A stretch of 64,000 nucleotides of DNA from assembly GCA_963693365.1 (NCBI GenBank), contig CAVNZM010000013.1:186001-250000 (forward strand), in the 5' to 3' direction. Both the position numbers and the translations under genes were made by a program. The DNA is from Amoebidium appalachense. Taxonomy: Eukaryota; Protista; Ichthyosporea. Positions 57,377 through 64,000 of the stretch are shown piece by piece. How positions within the stretch are numbered: the first letter of the stretch is position 1; each line of letters begins with the position of its first letter. The notes under the pieces are model-generated. The model did no database searches. It was given only the letters and a program-made list of their open reading frames with translations, and was not told the origin of the DNA.

Positions 57377-58898
57377 TGTGTGTGTCTGTGTGTGTGTGTG
57401 TGTGTGCGCGCGCGAGTGTGTCTCGGAGCGGAGGGGGAAGGAGGATCCAATCAGACAAGTTGAACAGGACCATTGAAATTTTCCAAACTAATTTATTTAT
57501 AAATATAGGGGAAATCAGTGCAAGTTTCAGATCACCCTCTCCCGGGGCAAAATATCCACTACACAACGAAACACAACACCAAATCTCGAAATAAATTAAA
57601 ACTTACACGAATTTTGCACTTCAGCGAATTTTTCGAAAAACTTGCAAAATGATCGAAAAACGTGCAAAAAGAGCGCGTAAAAAAATCTTAATGCAAAGCA
57701 ATCTATTTTTCAACAAGCAGAATATAGATAAATTCAAACCATACATATGCAAACCTAAATGAAGTCGAATTTGAAAATTAAGGGGCTTATCTGATTGGCT
57801 ACCGATAGGATCGTGATTCAGGCAAGCTGTTTTTAACGGCAGTATGTTTGCGGTGGAGGTAGTCGAGGAGCACTTGCTGGTCGTTTTAAATAACACATAC
57901 GACACTTTTTCCATGTAAGGAAAGTGCCATCCGGTACTACAAAAACTTCCCCAAAAACGGGCAGTGAAACCTACTAGTAGCCAGTTTGCTCTCGTGCGAG
58001 CCTGGATACACCGTTCAAGTGATGATGGCTGCTTGCCGTCCACAAAGGCACGTAATTCCAGGTGCGGAGGGGTGGCAGAGGTAGGTAGGGGAGACGGTGC
58101 TGAGGGCCCAAAGCCGCTGTCACTGTGTTCTGGGAAGTAGGACTTGAGGTGTGAAGCATGCACCTTGGTGGGCGGAGAAGGGAGGCCTGCAGGTGGTGGG
58201 CCAAGGTGAGTGCCAGTGCAGTGAGCAATGTGGGGGGAGTTGCGCACAAAGCGGTAGCCTGCCCATCATGCCGCGTGCCTCGGCCCGGGGTGCATGTCTG
58301 AGGTGACCTTTTTTGAATTCCCGGCGGACCAGCCCAGAGAAATGGAAGGTTTTGCACGTTTTTCCGGTCAAAGTTGACGAGCTCAAATCTACTGCAGGCT
58401 TCAAGTTGTAGGGATGTTTTTCCATCAAATAAATGATGGTTGACGGTGCTGCGTAATTTCTTTTCTTATAATTTTGATTTACATTCACACGCTAGAAGAA
58501 AACATACATATCAACATGACTGTAAGGGGCGGATCCGTTAATTTGTTGACCATACATATGCATGTACACAAAATTTCGAATCCCCCCCCCCCCCCCCCCC
58601 CCTCTCCCCCACCCCATCCTACCCCACCCCGCCCCGCCCCACCCAGCCACCCAGCCATCCACCTGCCCCCCTCCCCCTCCCATGAACCATGTACATAACA
58701 CATGTCAGGTATGCTTCATCGCTGCTAGCTGGCAAGTTGTTCCACTGGTCCGTCACGGAAGTGTTTCAGAAAAGTCTTTATGACCTACCCAGGATTAGTC
58801 CCAGAATAATTGTTCCGCGACTGGAATATCTCAACGACATGAACCTACATCCTAGAATACATGAAAAACGAGCGCATGTGCAAGGATGGAGTGGGTTG

Positions 58899-58945
<47 letters not shown>

Positions 58946-59299
58946 ATGGGTGTGTGCGTGTGTTCGTGCTTGCGTGCTTGCGTGCCGCATGTGGGTTTTT
59001 TTTGTAAATTTTTAATATTTTTATTTTATTTTATATTTTTAGGGGAGGGGGGAGTGGGCAGGGAAAGGGGCCCGGGGGTGGTGGGTGTGTAGGGTAGGGT
59101 AGGTGTCACCCACGTAAAAAGCATAAAATCATGATTTATTTTTACTACGAATCATACGAAATAATCTCATGCTCATACCTGTACTACTAAGTTGTGGCAC
59201 GGGGGGCTGGGAGGGAGAGAGCCATCTATATAGAATCACATTGAACTGTTAGTAGTATAATACAAAATCATGATATGCAAACTCGTTCGAACATGCCCC

Positions 59300-59370
<71 letters not shown>

Positions 59371-60983
59371 TCGGTGTTTGTTTGTGTGTGTGTGTGCGCG
59401 CGCGATGGATTGGGGAGGGGGGAGGGGGGAAGGGGGAGGGATTGGGGGAAGGGGAGGGGGGGGGGGGGGGGGGGGGGGGCAGGGGCTGTGTGTGTGTGTT
59501 AATCCGGTTATAAAAAATTAAAATTTTTCTGGGATTTTTTTTGGCCCCCCCCCCTCCCCCCCCCCCCCCCCGGGGGGGGGGGGCACCAAACAGAAAAATA
59601 TGTGTCTAAAGACACGGTACGGGAGAGGGGGGGGAGGGTTCTATAGTATATGAAGGGGACGAGTGAGAAAGAGAAAGGGAGAGAAAGAGGCGTGGGATGT
59701 GGGGTGGTGGCCGTGGTGGTACCCCGTAGGTGATGCTGGTTGGCTGCTTGGTTGATATGTGGGGGGGGCGCGGTCACTACATTACGCATCGGAAGATACA
59801 ACTGTAATGATTACAAGTGCATGTAGTGTTGTCCTTAGAAAGATTACTCATTCACAAAAGATACGTGCAAGGCACGGTAGCGATTTTCGTGTCATCAGGG
59901 AAGAGGCTGCCCCGGCGGCCGGGGTCCATACATGCTCGAGGTTGGGAGGGGGCATGTTTGCGCAAAAAATGGCATTTTGCAACCTTGCGTTTTCTAATCC
60001 GGCACGGCACAGGCGGTAAGTTTAAATCCCCTCTTCCAGGCCGGTCAGATGCTGCATGAAACGTTGGTTATCAGTGGCAATCATAATGTCGTCAATAAAT
60101 CATGATACCGTGTACGGTGAACCACAACATGCCAGCAAAAACGGTATCCAATGGCATTGCACACTAAAATTGCGGCGGGAGATTAACCAATCAGAATGGG
60201 GCATGGTGGTATGATAATACCATGGCCGAAAGTAGGCCTAGGGGTTGGATACGGCTTGCGGTAAGGCGGACTCCCGGTGGAACTACATAGTAGTAGGGGC
60301 GAAAAAAAAGAAAAAAAAGAATACGTAGTAGGGCCACCAAGTCCCGCAAACTGAGCTAGAGATTACGGTAATTTCAGGATGTAGAAAAAGAAGATGCCAA
60401 AATGGTGAGACTATCAACTTATTGGAGGCACCCCTAGACCAAAAAGTTTAACTACGAGAGTGATTCTGCAAATGTGACCAATAGTTATGGACTCATGCAT
60501 GATACAGGGGGCAACTCATTTTTAGAGGACATTCGGAAATAAGGATAAATAGTGCCATTTTTCCGGAAAGGTTGAGACAATACACTCAACAGGTAATAGA
60601 AGATAGGAGACGGGGGGAAGGGGTTGGGTGTGTGTGTGTAGGGGGGGGGGGGGGGGGGGGGGGGTCAGGAGGATGTTCGTTGTTTGCACCATGGTGACAC
60701 CTGGTGGCACTCTGGTTATGTTCTCCCCTCCTGTATGCTGGTATGGTGCCTCAAGCCTGATCGCATCCAATTTCAGACCTCAAAATCGCTTCCGATCTAG
60801 GGCATGTCGCTCCCCATAGAATCGAGATATTTAAGAAATGGACATGTCAAAATGTCCGTTTAGACGTCTTCTTCAAATGCACCCGGATACTTCAAGTTGC
60901 CCAGCGCCAACGCGAGAACGTCTTAAAATTTTGGTTTAAAAATATGTATTTTTACTAATTGACCCTAAACGGGCGCTTTTCTG

Positions 60984-61035
<52 letters not shown>

Positions 61036-61075
61036 ACACACTGCACACACGCACACCGTGGCACACACTAACGTA

Positions 61076-61157
<82 letters not shown>

Positions 61158-61162
61158 GTACC

Positions 61163-61194
<32 letters not shown>

Positions 61195-61211
61195 ACAACA
61201 CGCATGACCCC

Positions 61212-61243
<32 letters not shown>

Positions 61244-61281
61244 ACCCCGGACTGAGTAACCAAGTGTCACTGAGGGTTAGG

Positions 61282-61813
61282 AAGGGCCCAACCACATCGG
61301 AAGAGTCACTGAGCTTACTCGAGCAAAAATATTCTGCTAAAAGCAGAATTATTCTGCTTAAAGCTGGATTATTCTGCTAAAACTGAGCGGGGTTATTCTG
61401 CTAAAAGCAGAATTAATCTGAAGAGGCAGAATTATTCAGCTAAAAGCAGAATCATTCTGTTTTAGCAAAATCACTCAGTCATTAATAGAGTTATTCTGCT
61501 TCTAGCAAAATTATTCTGTTCTGCTTTTGGCAGAATTATTACCGGCAAACAAGACAGAATTAGTCTGCTCCCGGCAGCAGGATACACTTGTTCAGGCAGA
61601 ATATTATGCTTCTAGCAGAGCAATTCTGCTGTTTGCAGGATAATTATCTGTTTGCAGAATAATTCTGCTGTTTGCAGAGTAATTCTGCTGTTGGCAGAAA
61701 GTCACTCTAGTATTTCTGCTGCTGCTGAATTAATTCTGCTTTTCCCAGGAACTGCTTTGGGCAGAATAATTCTGCTCGAAGCAAGATGACTCTGTCGATG
61801 TGGTTGTGTCCTT
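61282..61813. mobile_element. MITE/foldback-like element filled with palindromic GCAGAAT(T)ATTCTGC repeats
   Basis: Imperfect TIRs 'aagggcccaaccacatcggaagagtca' and 'tgactctgtcgatgtggttgtgtcctt'. The interior holds roughly 20 degenerate copies of 'gcagaattattctgc' at ~20-nt spacing. No TSD discerned. Confidence 0.7.
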
Positions 61814-61856
61814 TGGGGTAGCCCCCCCTCCCCCCCCCCAACACACACACGCACAC

Positions 61857-62030
<174 letters not shown>

Positions 62031-62035
62031 AACAT

Positions 62036-62077
<42 letters not shown>

Positions 62078-62357
62078 TTGACTTGGGGAAAAGGTGGTGG
62101 TGGTCACGGTGGTGCGGGGGGAGGGGGGGAGGGGGGGGGGGGGGAAGAGTACAACCCTCTCGAGCCCCCCCCCCCCCCCACACACACACACACAAAGAAC
62201 ATGGGGAGGGTACAACCAGGTAATGTTTTCTACTAAGTCTCCTATGCAAGCCATATATAAACAAAAACTGTACTGCGGGCCCGCGTATGGTCACGAACAT
62301 CGGATAAGGTATGAGGCTCATGCAGCAAGAGAGAGAGAGTGAGCGAGAGGGGGGGGG

Positions 62358-62554
<197 letters not shown>

Positions 62555-62781
62555 CAGAGAGAGGTGGAGGGAGGGAGAGAGAGAGGAAGGAGAGGGAAAG
62601 AGAGGGAGTTGAGAGAAAGAGAGAGAGAGAGGGAGACTGAGACGGGGGGGGGAGGGGGAGAGAGAGAGACTCGTGTGTGTGTGAGGTACATGTATGCAAG
62701 GCACATGTTACGCGCGTACGCACGCATGCCCAGACATGCACACAGGCACAGCACACACACACACACATGCACACACACACA

Positions 62782-62833
<52 letters not shown>

Positions 62834-63178
62834 GTGGCACACACACACACACACACACACATACACATGGACGCACACACGAACCCACGCACACACGCCC
62901 CCACGCACGCACGCTCCCACGCGTGTACCAGCACACACACACACACAGACACCCACCCACCCACCCACACACCACCTACCCACACACAGATCATTTGGGC
63001 TATAGACCTCGAAAAATTAAGATAATTCAACCCTATTTTCGAAATATAGATGATCTTAATATCAGTCATCCCCTGTACGGTATGCTGATACAAACCATCG
63101 TGCACAGCTGCAGGTGACAAGCCTCCCCCCCCCCCGCCCCCTCCCCCCCTCCCCTCCCTCCCCCCCCCCCCCTCCCCC

Positions 63179-63461
63179 CGCCTGGGGGTTGGATACTCAG
63201 GATCCGAGCGAATATTATATTCGCTTGGGGGTTGGATAATCAGGATCCGAGCAATTTTATTTATTTATTTATTTTATATATATATATAGATATATATATT
63301 CGCCTGGGGGGATGGATAATCAGGATGCGAGCGAATATTATATTCGCCTGGGGGGATGGATAATCAGGATGCGAGCAAATATTATATTCGCTTGGGGGTT
63401 GGATACTCAGGATCTGAGCGAATAGTATATTCGCTTGGGGGTTGGATAATCAGGATCCGAG

Positions 63462-63509
<48 letters not shown>

Positions 63510-63915
63510 CTCGCCTGGGGGGATGGATAATCAGGATGCGGGCGAATATTATATTCGCTTGGGGGTTGAATACTCAGGATCCGAGCGAATATTGTTTTTC
63601 TTTTGACTGGATTTATCGACGGAAAGATATGCAAGTATGCACGGCATACTGAGAAGACAATAAAAATTCACGAGTTATCCAGTAACAAGTGCATACTGAG
63701 ATACCTGAACACTGTGTGAAAATCATATAAATACTCAATGTGACGACCACCAGAATTCAACAAAAAGTCTAAAGTGTTCACATTGCCAGCTAGTGTAGCA
63801 GACACCCGTAGGAAAAGAGGTAAAACGAGACATAAAAACTCACACCTATCAACATGCTTACGATTAGGCGAATATCATATTCGCTTGGGGGTTGGATAAT
63901 CAGGATCCGAGCAAA
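63179..63915. repeat. 43-44-bp satellite with internal hairpin, about 9 units, interrupted by a dispersed-repeat copy
   Basis: Unit 'cgc(t/c)tggggg(t/ga)tggata(c/a)tcaggat(c/g)cgagcgaatattatatt'. The palindrome gcgaata..tattcgc spans unit junctions. Confidence 0.9.
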
Positions 63916-63916
63916 T

Positions 63917-63974
<58 letters not shown>

Positions 63975-64000
63975 ATATATATCTATGAAAACTACTCCGG

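Noticed and set aside
58709-58860. RIIVPRLEYL as an mTERF-repeat exon
   Set aside because: Single short resemblance with no convincing donor or partner exons.
59884-59900. Hammerhead-like cores: minus-strand CTGATGAcacGAAA here, CTGATGAG at ~28500-28507, and GAAAC/CTGAGGA in the 11873 repeat
   Set aside because: Stem II cannot form or GAAA is missing, and stems I/III are not in the required arrangement.
63179-63915. CRISPR-like appearance of the 43-bp palindromic repeats (also 52698-52951 and 61320-61780)
   Set aside because: No unique spacers, units are degenerate and head-to-tail, no cas genes, eukaryotic context.

Overview
Eukaryotic genomic DNA with GT-AG spliceosomal introns. Introns and intergenic DNA are saturated with poly-C/poly-G runs and (CA)n, (GT)n, (AG)n and (GCAC)n microsatellites, so almost all ORFs in the supplied track are artefacts. 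Splicing exons by hand gives four genes, all on the + strand. (1) A ~10-exon fusion of a rhodanese-like domain and a class I SAM methyltransferase (7251-16545). (2) An ArgJ/Arg7 ornithine acetyltransferase (18637-28259) that lacks ~80 aa of its conserved core here and has other lesions. (3, 4) Two intact 11-exon tandem paralogues (36117-42511 and 48684-53269) encoding ~497-aa secreted proteins: signal peptide, PAN/apple-like domain, four TSP1 repeats, and a ~170-aa six-Cys C-terminal domain I do not recognise. Mobile DNA includes two decayed non-LTR retrotransposons, an internally deleted PIF/Harbinger element, several MITEs, dispersed repeats and minisatellites. ArgJ together with TSP1/PAN modules would fit a unicellular opisthokont or holozoan, but that is inference only. 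The best novelty candidates are the PAN-TSP1-unknown-domain family, with its conserved promoter, and an apparent link between weak splice sites and adjacent poly-C or (CA)n tracts. All coordinates were read by eye, and homopolymer lengths may be affected by long-read consensus error.
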